Shown here piece by piece: positions 49,638 through 59,740 of a stretch of 64,000 nt of DNA. The stretch's first letter is position 1, and every line of letters starts with the position of its first letter. This stretch comes from Terrimicrobiaceae bacterium (GTDB lineage: Bacteria > Verrucomicrobiota > Verrucomicrobiia > Chthoniobacterales > Terrimicrobiaceae), in the NCBI GenBank assembly GCA_018402345.1, contig JAGYIV010000012.1, positions 309,813-373,812 of the forward strand, in the 5' to 3' direction. The notes beneath the pieces are model-generated. The model was not told where the DNA came from. It did no database searches and worked only from the letters and a program-made list of their open reading frames with translations. A program made the position numbers and the translations under genes.

Positions 49638-51248
49638 TCAGGCCTGGGCAGGCGCGGCGGGGGGATGATCTTGGAACGCAAAGGCAGGATTTTTTTCCTC
49701 GAGATAGCCAATCGTCCACTGGCTCGGCAGGAGCACGACCCAAAAGCCCGAGGCATCCTTCGAGAGGGCGCATCCGCTTGGCAGGAGAATGTCTGGTCGC
49801 TCCAGCAGGGGTTCGCCGTCGCGCATCGCCCAGCGGGCGAATTGCCAGGGGGCGGACTCAACGCGGCATTCCGCGCTGTATTCGGTCTCGAGGCGGTATT
49901 GCAGAACCTCGAACTGGAGAGGGCCGACCGCGCCGAGGAGCGGCACACGCTGAACGGCATCGGGGAGCTCGAATTGCTGGGCCACGCCCTCCTTGAGGAG
50001 TTGATCGAGACCCTCGCGGAAGCGTTTGAATTTTGCCGTGCTGGAGTTGCGGATGTAGGCGAAGCACTCCGGCGGAAAGCGGGGGATCTCGTGGTAGGCG
50101 AGCGCGGCGTCCTCGCTCACGGTATCGCCGATGGCGAAATCGTAGTTGCCTACGATGCCCACGACATCGCCCGCCCAGGCCTCGTCGACAGTTTCACGAT
50201 CCTGGGCAAAGAGACGCTGGGAGTTGCCAAGGCGCACGGTTTTTCCGGTTCGGGAATGCGAGGCGACCATGTCGCGCTTGAAGCAGCCCGAGACGATGCG
50301 AATGAACGCCACGCGGTCGCGGTGCTTGGGGTTCATGTTTGCCTGGATTTTGAACACGAACCCCGAAAAGGCATCCGATGAGGGAGCGACCTGTGTGGCC
50401 CCGCTGAGGCGCGGAGTTGGCGCGGGAGCCATCTCGAGAAATCCATCGAGAAGAAGTTGGACGCCGAAATTGTTCATCGCGCTGCCAAAGAAAACCGGCG
50501 TGGCCAGTCCCTTCGACACCGCATCGAAATCGAAATCGGTCCCCGCGCCATCGAGCAGGTCGAGGTCCTCGCGAACCTTCGCATGGACGTCCGGCGCCAG
50601 CGCGCATTTCACGGCATCGTCATCGATACCCGCCACGGACACCGGCGCGCGATAGGTGCCACCAGGGGTTTTTTCGAATAGGTGGACAGCTTTGTCTCGG
50701 CGATCGAAGACCCCGCGGAACTCCACGCCGTCGCCCAGCGGCCAGTTCATGGGCAGGGCGTGGATGCCGAGGACGGATTCCAGTTCGTCCAGAAGCTCGA
50801 GCGGCGGGCGCGCGGGTCGGTCGAGCTTGTTCATGAAGGTGAAAATCGGGACGCCGCGTTGGCGGCAGACCTCGAAGAGTTTTCGGGTCTGGGATTCGAT
50901 GCCCTTGCCCGCGTCGATGACCATGACTGCGGCATCCACCGCGGTGAGCACGCGGTAGGTGTCCTCAGAGAAATCCTTGTGGCCGGGGGTGTCGAGGAGG
51001 TTCACCACGCAGTCCTTGTAGTCAAACTGGAGGACGGTCGAGGTGACGGAAATACCACGCTGCTTCTCGAGTTCCATCCAATCGCTGGTCGAGGCGCGTT
51101 GGTTTTTGCGCGAGGTCACGCTGCCTGCGAGTTGGACGGCGCCTCCGTAGAGGAGGAATTTTTCGGTGAGGGTGGTTTTGCCTGCGTCGGGGTGGGAGAT
51201 GATGGCAAAGGTGCGGCGTCGGGAGATTTCCCGCTCTGCGTGGGTCAT
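49638..51248 (-). CDS. prfC: Peptide chain release factor 3
   Basis: ORF-track ORF was trimmed to ATG 51248 (MTHAEREISRRRTFAIISHPDAGKTTLTEK). GTPase motifs DTPGH and NKLD. ATGA overlap with the upstream M24 gene. Confidence 0.95.
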   Translation of the reverse strand: MTHAEREISRRRTFAIISHPDAGKTTLTEKFLLYGGAVQLAGSVTSRKNQRASTSDWMELEKQRGISVTSTVLQFDYKDCVVNLLDTPGHKDFSEDTYRVLTAVDAAVMVIDAGKGIESQTRKLFEVCRQRGVPIFTFMNKLDRPARPPLELLDELESVLGIHALPMNWPLGDGVEFRGVFDRRDKAVHLFEKTPGGTYRAPVSVAGIDDDAVKCALAPDVHAKVREDLDLLDGAGTDFDFDAVSKGLATPVFFGSAMNNFGVQLLLDGFLEMAPAPTPRLSGATQVAPSSDAFSGFVFKIQANMNPKHRDRVAFIRIVSGCFKRDMVASHSRTGKTVRLGNSQRLFAQDRETVDEAWAGDVVGIVGNYDFAIGDTVSEDAALAYHEIPRFPPECFAYIRNSSTAKFKRFREGLDQLLKEGVAQQFELPDAVQRVPLLGAVGPLQFEVLQYRLETEYSAECRVESAPWQFARWAMRDGEPLLERPDILLPSGCALSKDASGFWVVLLPSQWTIGYLEEKNPAFAFQDHPPAAPAQA

Positions 51249-52366
51249 ATTTCGAAAGGTTTCGGGAAGCTGGTCAAGAGGCGCGCTCCGGATTTGGTGA
51301 CAAGGATGACATCCTCGTGGCGAACGCCGCCGATGCCGGGCCAGTAGATGCCGGGTTCGACGGTGAGGACCTGTCCTGGGAGGAAGGTGGTGGAGGCGAA
51401 GCGGGGGTGTTCGTGGACCTCGAGGCCAAGACCATGCCCGGTGCCGTGGAAGAATCCCCGCCAGCGTCCCTCGAAGACCGAGGTCGGGTAGCCTTTTTCG
51501 GCAAAGCTGGACTTGATGGCATCGTGGATTCCCATGCCTTTGACGCCGGGTTTGATGGCCGCCAGCGCTGATTTTTGACCCTCGAGACAAGTCTCCCAAA
51601 GGGCTCGTTGATCCGCTGTGGCTCGTCCACGAACGACCGTGCGGGTGATGTCCCCGAACCAGCCGGTGCGGGCATCGCGCGGGAAGATGTCGAGGATGAT
51701 GAGTTGGTGTGCCCGCAGGGGGCCGGAGCCGCGGTCATGCGGGTCGCAAGCCTGGTCGCCACAAGCGACGATCGAGTCCCCGCGGGCCTCGCCGCCTGCC
51801 TTGAGGATGGCGCATTCGATTTCCGAGCGGAGGCCTTCGGAAGTGAGGGTCGCTCCGGCGATGGAGAGTGTGCCGTCTTTTTTGATCGATGCCGCCCGGA
51901 GAATCTCCATGCCGCGGGCCATCCCGGTCTCGGCGATGCGGATGGCGTGTTCGATGCCTTGGACTTCGGTGCGTGACTTAAGTTCGCGCTCCGGAAAAAA
52001 CGGGCCGTCGGCGGGTTTCACATCGATGCCGTATTTTTTCAAATCGCGTGCGATCCCGAGGGGGAATTCGGTGGGGACTTTGACTTTCGTGGCGTTTTTC
52101 GAGGCCAGCCAAGCGGCCACGACCTTGGCAAAGGAGGGGGATTTTCCAGGCTTGGAGGGAGCCGATCTGGATAGTTCCGAGTAGGAATCAACGACATCCA
52201 CCTTCGCTTTGGCTCGGCCGCGATCGATTTCGAGGTCATTGAGGAGGATGTGTTTTTTGCCACCGGTTTCCAGGAAGGCAAAAGAATCGGGTGCACGGAA
52301 TCCCGTGGCGTGGAGGATGTCGGCATTCGACTCGCTGGCGGCGATGATGAGTTTGGAGCGGGCCAT
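51245..52366 (-). CDS. M24 family metallopeptidase (Xaa-Pro aminopeptidase-like)
   Basis: 373-aa ORF with a pita-bread fold pattern (DIFPRD, HGTGHGLGLEVHE, VLTVEPGIY, GGVRHED). Confidence 0.85.
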   Translation of the reverse strand: MARSKLIIAASESNADILHATGFRAPDSFAFLETGGKKHILLNDLEIDRGRAKAKVDVVDSYSELSRSAPSKPGKSPSFAKVVAAWLASKNATKVKVPTEFPLGIARDLKKYGIDVKPADGPFFPERELKSRTEVQGIEHAIRIAETGMARGMEILRAASIKKDGTLSIAGATLTSEGLRSEIECAILKAGGEARGDSIVACGDQACDPHDRGSGPLRAHQLIILDIFPRDARTGWFGDITRTVVRGRATADQRALWETCLEGQKSALAAIKPGVKGMGIHDAIKSSFAEKGYPTSVFEGRWRGFFHGTGHGLGLEVHEHPRFASTTFLPGQVLTVEPGIYWPGIGGVRHEDVILVTKSGARLLTSFPKPFEI

Positions 52367-52588
52367 GGCGGTGGGGTGGAATGCTTACCACCGATCCGGA
52401 CCCCCTGCCAGCGGCGTTTTCAGCATGGTTTCGGTGAATTGGCCACAGAGCAACACAGAGGATGAATCAAATTCTGTGGGTGACAGTGGGTGACGGGGGG
52501 CAAGTTGCCGCTTTAAGCGCACACGAGCAAATCAGGTGACAAGGGAGGGGCGGGGGGGTATTTGGAATGTCACACGCTCCGATTCCCC

Positions 52589-52915
52589 ATGCAGATTAAG
52601 CAGTCCATCATCAACAGCGCCACGGTTCTCGAGTTGAAGGGGCGTCTGAATTCTCAGACGTCCGGCGATCTTGAAAAGGTGGTTGATCGCGGGATCGCCA
52701 ACGGTTCAGGGAGTCTGGTGTTTGGGTGTGGAGGGTTGGATTACTGCAGCAGCGCCGGATTGCGGGTGTTTTTGACTGCGGTGAAACGCTTGAAGCCCCT
52801 TGGCAGGCGATGTGTCTTTGCGGAGTTGAGTCCTGCGGTAAGCGAGGTGTTCGAGATCGCGGGATTTCTCGAGGTGTTCGAGATTCGTGCCACGGTCGCC
52901 GAGGCGGTGGAGTAG
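52589..52915 (+). CDS. STAS-domain protein (anti-sigma-factor-antagonist type)
   Basis: Trimmed to ATG 52589 (MQIKQS). Typical STAS pattern (ATVLELKGRLNSQTSGDLEKV...LDYCSSAGLRVFL...VSEVFEIAGFLEVFEI). Confidence 0.8.
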   Translation: MQIKQSIINSATVLELKGRLNSQTSGDLEKVVDRGIANGSGSLVFGCGGLDYCSSAGLRVFLTAVKRLKPLGRRCVFAELSPAVSEVFEIAGFLEVFEIRATVAEAVE

Positions 52916-52926
52916 TTTTTTTCGGA

Positions 52927-54969
52927 TCAGGCCGCCGTGATTTCCGGCGAAGCGAGCGAGTTGAACCTCAGCGGGAGGGTGACATGGAATGTGGAACCTC
53001 TGCCGGCCTCGCTTTCCACAGTGATGTCACCACCGATCATGCGGCAGAAGCGTTTGCTGATCGCCAGTCCGAGTCCGGTCCCTCCGTATTTGCGCGTGGT
53101 CGAGGGGTCGGCCTGCGTGAAAATCTGAAAGAGTTTCGAGAGTTGATCGGGGGTCATGCCGATGCCGGTGTCCGAGATGGAAATGCGGAGTGTGCCATCC
53201 TCGCCGCCCGAGCGGGCGGCAGTGAGGGTGATCGTGCCCTCCGAGGTGAATTTCGCTGCGTTACCGAGGAGGTTGAAGAGTGCTTGGCGGACCTTGGTCA
53301 GATCGCTGTGCATGGAACCAAGGTTTTCGGGGATGGAGAAGGTGAGGGTGTTTTTGTTTTTTTGGACAAGAGGTTCGAGCACCGAAGCGACGTCGCGGAT
53401 CACGGGTGCGATCTCGAAGGTCTCGCAGAAGACGGTCATTTTTCCCGCCTCGATCTTTGAGATGTCGAGGATGTCGTTGATGAGGTCGAGGAGGTGGCGG
53501 GCGGAGGTGCGAATCTTGCGAAGGTCGGGGATAAGGCCCGGTTGATCGATCTCCTCCGCCTCCTCGATCAGCATCTCGCTATAGCCGATGATGGCGTTCA
53601 TGGGCGTGCGGAGTTCGTGGCTCATGTTCGCAAGAAAAGCGCTCTTGGTGCGGTTCGCCGCCTCGGCGTCATGGCGTGCGCGCTGGGCCTCCTCGAGCAC
53701 GCGGGCAAGTTCCGCGGTGCGTTCCTGCACGGTGGCCTCGAGCTTTTGGTTCCAGTCGGCGAGTTGCATTTCGCGTGCCTTGATCTGTCCGGCCATGCTG
53801 CGGAAACTTTCCGCGAGGCGACCGATTTCGTCATGCCGGGTCGCGAGTTGTGCGGTGGCCGAGTCTTCGAAGTGGCCTTGTTCGAGGGAAACAGCCGCTT
53901 CGCGAAGCTTGCCGATCGGTTCGGCGAGGCGGACCGCGATGAAGTGGATGAGGAAGAAGGCGAGAACGAGTCCGCCGCTGGTGACGGCGAGGGTTTTCAT
54001 GGTGATGCTGCGCACAGGGTCGAGGAGGAGGCGCTCGGGGACGTTGAGAACAAGCTTCCAACCGGTCAGCGGGGCCGTGGTCCAGTAGAGGAGGCGGGTT
54101 TCGCCATTCGTCCGAACCAGCGTGCTTCCCTCGGCGGTGGCGGCAACGATGGAGCCGCCCGGGAGGTCGAGGGCGTTCGATGGAGGCGCGTCCATGTCGT
54201 CGAATCGGCTCTTCGGCGAGGCGATAAGGGTTCCTGATTTGCTGATGAGGTAGGCAAATTGGGGAAACTCCACGTGGTCGGGCTCCGTTCCAGATTCCGG
54301 AGTCAGGTGGATGGCAGAAACCATCTCTTCAATGTGCTCGAGGGAGAGATCGGCGTTTGCGACACCCACGAAGCTGCCATCCACCATGACGGGGTAACTG
54401 AGCGTGACCATGCGAATATCCGATCCGCCAGAGTCGAGGTAGGGTTCGGAAATGACGAGTTGGCCAGTGCGTTTCGGCGTGTGGAACCAAGCGTGCTTGG
54501 GATCGTGGTAGTCGTAGTTCACGATCGTCAGTTTCGGGGCGCGGTCGCGATCCACCCAAGGCATCGCGAAGGGTTCGTTCCAGGCCTTGTCCTGGTAGGC
54601 GATGTTCAGGCCGTAGATTTCATTCGCGGGAACCGAGGCGAGGAGTTCGTTGAGGAACGGTTGCCAATCGGCGAGGGGTTCCGAGCCGTGGGCGCGCTGC
54701 CTTGCGGCGATGATGCCGGGCAGGACGGCGGCGCGGCGAACGAATTCATCCAGATGGGCGGCTGAGGCTCGAACCTGGTCTGTTGCCTTTTCGCCGATGA
54801 GCAGGCGAATTTCAGAGCGGCTGAATTCGTAGACCATGAAAATCGTGATCGCGGTGGCGATGGTCGCCGCGATGCCGATGTAGAATTGGAGTTGGCGCGA
54901 AATGCTCGCTCCGGTGATGGTCGAGAGGCCGAAGCCACGGTTGGGAGTGGGGGAATCCGGCGGGGTCAT
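52927..54969 (-). CDS. Sensor histidine kinase (dCache - HAMP - HisKA - HATPase_c), no receiver domain
   Basis: 680-aa ORF with two TM helices flanking a ~270-aa Cache-like periplasmic region. H-box [19 protein letters not shown]-boxes DTGIGM and [10 protein letters not shown]. Confidence 0.9.
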   Translation of the reverse strand: MTPPDSPTPNRGFGLSTITGASISRQLQFYIGIAATIATAITIFMVYEFSRSEIRLLIGEKATDQVRASAAHLDEFVRRAAVLPGIIAARQRAHGSEPLADWQPFLNELLASVPANEIYGLNIAYQDKAWNEPFAMPWVDRDRAPKLTIVNYDYHDPKHAWFHTPKRTGQLVISEPYLDSGGSDIRMVTLSYPVMVDGSFVGVANADLSLEHIEEMVSAIHLTPESGTEPDHVEFPQFAYLISKSGTLIASPKSRFDDMDAPPSNALDLPGGSIVAATAEGSTLVRTNGETRLLYWTTAPLTGWKLVLNVPERLLLDPVRSITMKTLAVTSGGLVLAFFLIHFIAVRLAEPIGKLREAAVSLEQGHFEDSATAQLATRHDEIGRLAESFRSMAGQIKAREMQLADWNQKLEATVQERTAELARVLEEAQRARHDAEAANRTKSAFLANMSHELRTPMNAIIGYSEMLIEEAEEIDQPGLIPDLRKIRTSARHLLDLINDILDISKIEAGKMTVFCETFEIAPVIRDVASVLEPLVQKNKNTLTFSIPENLGSMHSDLTKVRQALFNLLGNAAKFTSEGTITLTAARSGGEDGTLRISISDTGIGMTPDQLSKLFQIFTQADPSTTRKYGGTGLGLAISKRFCRMIGGDITVESEAGRGSTFHVTLPLRFNSLASPEITAA

Positions 54970-55613
54970 TTCATGTTCACTGCGACGTCTTCCGCCGCCC
55001 CATGGGCGATGTAGGGGGTGAAGCCGGCGATTTCGAGGGCCGAGGCAATCTGGGCCGACGGATTGAGAAAGAGCAGTCGACCGCCCGCCGCCGAGGCGAG
55101 TTTCAAGCCTTGCAGAAGAAGCCGGATGCCCATGGATGAGATGAAGTCCATGGCCGAGAGGTCGACAAGCACACGGGGTCGGTCGGTGCGGCAGATAGCC
55201 AGGAGCTTCGGTTCAACGGTCGCGGTGCCATGCAAGTCGAGGTTGCCCGCCAGTTTCACCAAGGTGGCATTATTCGGCAGTTCGGATGTCTCGAATTGGT
55301 GCGACTCAATTTTCGGCTTGGTGTTGACCAGCGAGAATGTGCCCCCGCGCCGTTGCTGGATTTGCAGGGCGGTGTGGAAGAGGATGATTCCGGCGCCGGT
55401 GATTTGATTGACTGCGGTGAGGTCGAACTGGAGGTGGGTGGGGTTTTTTGTGACAGCCTCGAGGAGGTGGTCCTGAAGAGTGCGGACGGTGCTCGGATCG
55501 ATATCCCCTTCGATGCGCAAGGTGGTCTGCTTTGCTCCATCGGGGAGGTTTTTTGAGTGCGGGGTGATCTTGAATTGGCCCATGCGCGATGAAATGAAAT
55601 CGGTCCGGATCAT
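54966..55613 (-). CDS. Tandem STAS-domain protein
   Basis: 215-aa ORF with two STAS-like halves ([16 protein letters not shown] and [17 protein letters not shown]...ASALEIAGF). Its stop overlaps the kinase start (ATGA at 54966-54969). Confidence 0.75.
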   Translation of the reverse strand: MIRTDFISSRMGQFKITPHSKNLPDGAKQTTLRIEGDIDPSTVRTLQDHLLEAVTKNPTHLQFDLTAVNQITGAGIILFHTALQIQQRRGGTFSLVNTKPKIESHQFETSELPNNATLVKLAGNLDLHGTATVEPKLLAICRTDRPRVLVDLSAMDFISSMGIRLLLQGLKLASAAGGRLLFLNPSAQIASALEIAGFTPYIAHGAAEDVAVNMK

Positions 55614-55712
55614 GAAGCCTCAATGCGCGGGGTGGGAGGCAATTTTTTGAACGAGCATCGAAATCCCCCGATCTTCCGTGACGCCGGAAGTGAAAGTGGA
55701 TACGGGTGCGCG

Positions 55713-57365
55713 ATGAGTGATTTGTTATTTCAGGATTTGGGAATCTCGCGGGAAGTGCTGAAGGCCGTGGAGGGATTGGGATTCGAGAAACCCTCGCCGA
55801 TCCAGGCGGCGGCGATTCCGGTGTTGATGAAGGGGCATGATGTCGTCGGCCAATCGAGGACGGGTTCTGGCAAGACCGCTGCCTTTGCGATCCCCGCGAT
55901 CGAGATTTGCCAGCCGAAGGACCGCTCCGTGCAGGTGTTGATCCTTTGCCCCACGCGCGAGCTTGCCACGCAGGTAGCCGACGAGGTGCACAAGCTCGCC
56001 GCGCACAAAAACGGCATCCACGCCGTGCCGATCTACGGCGGGGCGTCCTATGAGCGCCAATTCCATGAACTCCGCAAGGGGGTGCAGATCGTGATCGGAA
56101 CGCCCGGGAGGATCATGGACCACCTCGACAGAGGCACGCTGGTGCTGGATTCCCTGAAGATGGCCATCCTCGACGAGGCAGACCGCATGCTGGACATGGG
56201 ATTTCGGGACGACATCGAGAAAATCCTGAAGTCCACGCCCGTGGAGCGGCAGACGGTGTTTTTCTCCGCGACGGTCTCGAAGCCGATCAGGGAACTCATC
56301 AACCGCCACTCCCGCGATCCGCAATCGGTGAAGATCGAACAAAAGGAACTCACGGTGCCCACGGTCGAGCAGTGGTATTACGAGGTGCCGCAGCGGATGA
56401 AGTTCGAGGCGTTGCAGCGGTTGGTGGATTTTCACGGTTTCAAGCTCGGCATTGTCTTCTGCAATACACAGCGGATGGTGGACGAGCTTGCCGACCACCT
56501 TGTCGCGCAGGGGTTCTCTGCCGACCGGTTGCACGGGGGCATCTCGCAAGCGCAGCGCACGCGGGTTATGGACAAGTTCAAGAAAGCCGAGTTCGAGTTT
56601 CTTGTTGCGACGGATGTCGCCGGGCGCGGGATCGATGTGGATGAGTTGGAGTTGGTGGTGAACTACGATTTGCCCTACGACGTCGAAGACTACGTGCACC
56701 GTATTGGACGGACCGGGCGGGCGGGGCGGAAGGGAATGGCGGTGACGTTTGTCACCGGTCGCGACATTTACAAGATCCAGCACATCGAGCGCTTCACGCG
56801 CATGAAAATCCTGCGAGGCACGCTGCCCACCGCCTACGAGGTCGAGAGTCGGCGTGTGGAGGGGTTGCTGACAGATGTGAGGGCGAGGCTCGACAAGGGG
56901 AATCTTTCCACGGCGCTTGTGGACCGTTTGTTGGAGGAGGGGTATTCCTCCACTGATCTTTGCGCGGCATTGTTCGATCTACTGGGCGGCGGAGAACCCG
57001 CACGCGAGGAGGAACCCGCGCCCAAGGCCGTCAAGGCTCCGCCCAAACACCAACCTTCGGCGCAACCCGCTCGCCCGCCGTCCCGCGGCATGCAATGGGT
57101 GGAATTGAATGTCGGCCGCGAAATGCGGGTCTCGCCAAGGGACATCATCGGGTTGCTCGAGGACGGTCTCGGCCTGCCGCCCCGTGTGGTCGGCATCATC
57201 GACATTTCGCCGGGAGCATCGTTTGCCCAGGTGCCCAAGGAATATCTCGATGTCCTGAGAGATGGTCCGCGAGTGGTCGAGACAGAGGTCCAACCGGTTC
57301 AGATTTCTGTCGTGCCCCTGAAAGGGGCCGACGGGCCGATGAAGAAAAAGAGCAAAAAATTCTGA
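55713..57365 (+). CDS. DEAD-box ATP-dependent RNA helicase with DbpA-type C-terminal RNA-binding domain
   Basis: Trimmed to ATG 55713 (MSDLLFQDLGI). Q motif PSPIQ, then SRTGSGKTAAF, DEAD, SAT and HRIGRTGRAG. The C-terminus (MQWVELNVGREMRVSPRDIIGLL) is DbpA-like. Confidence 0.9.
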   Translation: MSDLLFQDLGISREVLKAVEGLGFEKPSPIQAAAIPVLMKGHDVVGQSRTGSGKTAAFAIPAIEICQPKDRSVQVLILCPTRELATQVADEVHKLAAHKNGIHAVPIYGGASYERQFHELRKGVQIVIGTPGRIMDHLDRGTLVLDSLKMAILDEADRMLDMGFRDDIEKILKSTPVERQTVFFSATVSKPIRELINRHSRDPQSVKIEQKELTVPTVEQWYYEVPQRMKFEALQRLVDFHGFKLGIVFCNTQRMVDELADHLVAQGFSADRLHGGISQAQRTRVMDKFKKAEFEFLVATDVAGRGIDVDELELVVNYDLPYDVEDYVHRIGRTGRAGRKGMAVTFVTGRDIYKIQHIERFTRMKILRGTLPTAYEVESRRVEGLLTDVRARLDKGNLSTALVDRLLEEGYSSTDLCAALFDLLGGGEPAREEEPAPKAVKAPPKHQPSAQPARPPSRGMQWVELNVGREMRVSPRDIIGLLEDGLGLPPRVVGIIDISPGASFAQVPKEYLDVLRDGPRVVETEVQPVQISVVPLKGADGPMKKKSKKF

Positions 57366-57424
57366 GGGAAGATTGGTTGAATCTCCTTGGTTCGCGGGGC
57401 GGGCGGACCTATTGAATCCGCCCG

Positions 57425-58540
57425 ATGAACTCAACCGGGAAATCTTCTTCTGTCCTTCGCGATGAACTTGCTCTTTGGATCGGGTCTGGTGTCGTGTTGT
57501 TGATGTGGACGGTGGGGCGTCCGTGGGTCGAATCCCCCTCGAATCCAGCGGTGCTATGGGGGCTTTTTGCTGGGGTGTTCTTCACGATGCTGTGGCTGTC
57601 CTTTCGCGTGGTCCACCATGCCGAGTGCCTTGCGGAGCGGGTGGGGGAGCCATTTGGGACAATCATTCTGACGCTTTCGGTCATTACGATCGAAGTGGTG
57701 ATGATTTCCGCCCTGATGTTGCAAGGAAAGGAAGCGCCCACGCTTGCACGGGACACGATGTTTTCGGTGCTTATGATCGTGCTGAACGGCATGCTGGGAC
57801 TCACGTTGCTGCTCGGGGGATTGAAACACCATCAGCAGGTCTTCAACCTGGAGGGCGCGCGTGGATTTTTGGGCGTGCTCGGGTGCCTGGCAATTTTGTG
57901 CCTTGTGCTGCCGAGTTTCACGACATCGAGTCCCGGGAGTTCCGCCTCGCCGTTGCTCGCGGGGTTTTTGATCTGCGCCTCGGTGGTGCTTTACGGGGTG
58001 TTTTTGTTTCTCCAATCCACGACGCACCGCGAATTTTACCAGCAGCCCGGGGAGGGAGTGGGGCATGTTGCGCACGGAGGGCACGCCACCCGATCTTCGG
58101 GATACCACGCCGTTTTTCTCGTGCTGATGTTGCTTCCGATCGTTCTTCTCTCCAAAAAGATCGCGGCGTTGCTGGAAGGTGGTTTGCAGTCACTTGGAGC
58201 GCCTGCAGCACTGGCTGGTTTTGTCGTCGCGCTACTCGTCCTCGCTCCCGAGGGTTTGGCCGCATGCAAGGCCGCGTGGAGCAACACGCTTCAGCGCACG
58301 GTGAATATCCTTCTCGGGTCAGCGTTAGCCACGATCGGCCTGACGGTGCCTGCCATTCTCGGCATCGGCTTTGCTACCGGCAAATACATCGAACTCGGAT
58401 TGCCGCCCACGGAGATCGTGCTGCTGACAGCGACATTGTTTGTGGGAATGCTCGTCTTTTCAGGCAACCGGACAAACGTGCTCGCCGGTGTTGTGCATTT
58501 GGTGTTGTTCGGGGCCTACCTTGTCCTGATTTTCGATTAG
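57425..58540 (+). CDS. Calcium:proton antiporter (CaCA family, ChaA-like)
   Basis: 371-aa ORF with about 11 TM helices and alpha-repeat-like motifs (GEPFGTIILTLSVITIEV and LGSALATIGLTVP). Confidence 0.75.
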   Translation: MNSTGKSSSVLRDELALWIGSGVVLLMWTVGRPWVESPSNPAVLWGLFAGVFFTMLWLSFRVVHHAECLAERVGEPFGTIILTLSVITIEVVMISALMLQGKEAPTLARDTMFSVLMIVLNGMLGLTLLLGGLKHHQQVFNLEGARGFLGVLGCLAILCLVLPSFTTSSPGSSASPLLAGFLICASVVLYGVFLFLQSTTHREFYQQPGEGVGHVAHGGHATRSSGYHAVFLVLMLLPIVLLSKKIAALLEGGLQSLGAPAALAGFVVALLVLAPEGLAACKAAWSNTLQRTVNILLGSALATIGLTVPAILGIGFATGKYIELGLPPTEIVLLTATLFVGMLVFSGNRTNVLAGVVHLVLFGAYLVLIFD

Positions 58541-59733
58541 GCTTGCTGACGCTTTCCGGCTTTGCCGAGAGCGGCTTGCAGGGCCTTGAGCGGCGCGTCG
58601 ATCGTCTCTCCGGTGATGGCGAGGGATTTCACCTTCGATGAGGGTAGGCGGAACTTGAGATCGCGGAACGTGCGTTCGAGGACAGTCATGAGTCCGCGAG
58701 CGCCGGTTTGCTCTTCGCGGGCAAGCGCGGCAAGGCGCCTGAGGGCTGAGTCCTCGAAGCGAATCTTGATGCCGTAGGCGGCGAAGGCGCGTTCGTATTG
58801 GTGGATCAGGCTGCTCTCGCTCCGGCTGAGGACATGGTAGAGATCCTCCTCGTCAAGCGCGTGGCAGGCGACACGGACGGGCAGGCGGCCGACGAATTCG
58901 GGCTCGAGGCCGAAGGAGATGAAATCCGGCGTCGAAGCGCGCGAGGTGGCTTGCCCGGCAGTGAGTTTCGGGGTTCCCAGACGTTTTCGGACGATGCTGT
59001 CAATGCCGACAAATGCCCCGCTGGCGATGAAGAGAATGTGCCTTGTTGAAATCGTGTCGGGCATGCCGGGGGTGTTCCCGCGCGCTGCCGACATGGCTGC
59101 CTGGAGTTGGCCGCTGACATCGTTCGGCGACATGACCGGCACGTCGCCGTCCTCGAGGATTTTGAGCATGTTGGTCTGGACGCCGCGGCCGGAGACATCG
59201 CGTCCGCCGCCTTCGGCATTGCTGGCCAACTTGTCCACCTCGTCGAGGTAGATGATCCCGTGCGAGGCGCGGAGCACATCCCCGCCGGCACGTCTCACGA
59301 GATCGCGCACGAGGTCATCGACATCACCGCCCACGTATCCGGTTTCGCTGAACTTGGTGGCATCCGCTTTCACAAATGGAACGCCGATGAGTTCCGCTGC
59401 CGAGCGGATGAGGTGGGTCTTGCCCACGCCTGTGGGGCCAAGGAGGAGGACGTTTTGTTTTTGGTAGAACGGGGCGTCTTGGCCCTCGAGCGTGAGGCGC
59501 ACGTGTTGGAAGTGGTCGCAAAGGGCGACGCTGAGAACTTTTTTCGCCTCCGACTGGCCGATGACAAAGCGGTTCAGGTGCCGCGCGATATCGGCCGGCT
59601 TGAGCTTGAACGAGAAGGACTGTGAGGGCGCGGGCTTGGCTCGTGCGGAGGCTTTTGAGACGGCGCGATCGCGGTTCGGGCGGAGGGTTTTCGGGATTCC
59701 CGCGGTCACGGGGCCAAGAGTGGATGAAGTCAT
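58537..59733 (-). CDS. ClpX-like AAA+ ATPase lacking the N-terminal zinc-binding domain and IGF loop
   Basis: Trimmed to ATG 59733 (MTSSTLGP). Walker A GPTGVGKT, Walker B IIYLDEVDK, sensor/RKH-like region, and EPEFVGRLPVRV as in ClpX/HslU. No C4 zinc finger. The region corresponding to GIGFGA reads GTPKLTAGQATS. Confidence 0.8.
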   Translation of the reverse strand: MTSSTLGPVTAGIPKTLRPNRDRAVSKASARAKPAPSQSFSFKLKPADIARHLNRFVIGQSEAKKVLSVALCDHFQHVRLTLEGQDAPFYQKQNVLLLGPTGVGKTHLIRSAAELIGVPFVKADATKFSETGYVGGDVDDLVRDLVRRAGGDVLRASHGIIYLDEVDKLASNAEGGGRDVSGRGVQTNMLKILEDGDVPVMSPNDVSGQLQAAMSAARGNTPGMPDTISTRHILFIASGAFVGIDSIVRKRLGTPKLTAGQATSRASTPDFISFGLEPEFVGRLPVRVACHALDEEDLYHVLSRSESSLIHQYERAFAAYGIKIRFEDSALRRLAALAREEQTGARGLMTVLERTFRDLKFRLPSSKVKSLAITGETIDAPLKALQAALGKAGKRQQA

Positions 59734-59740
59734 GAGTGGA

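Noticed and set aside
57401-57423. Hairpin GGGCGGA-N9-TCCGCCC after the DEAD-box helicase gene as a terminator
   Set aside because: No U-tract follows, and it ends 1 nt before the next gene's ATG. Evidence is too weak to call.
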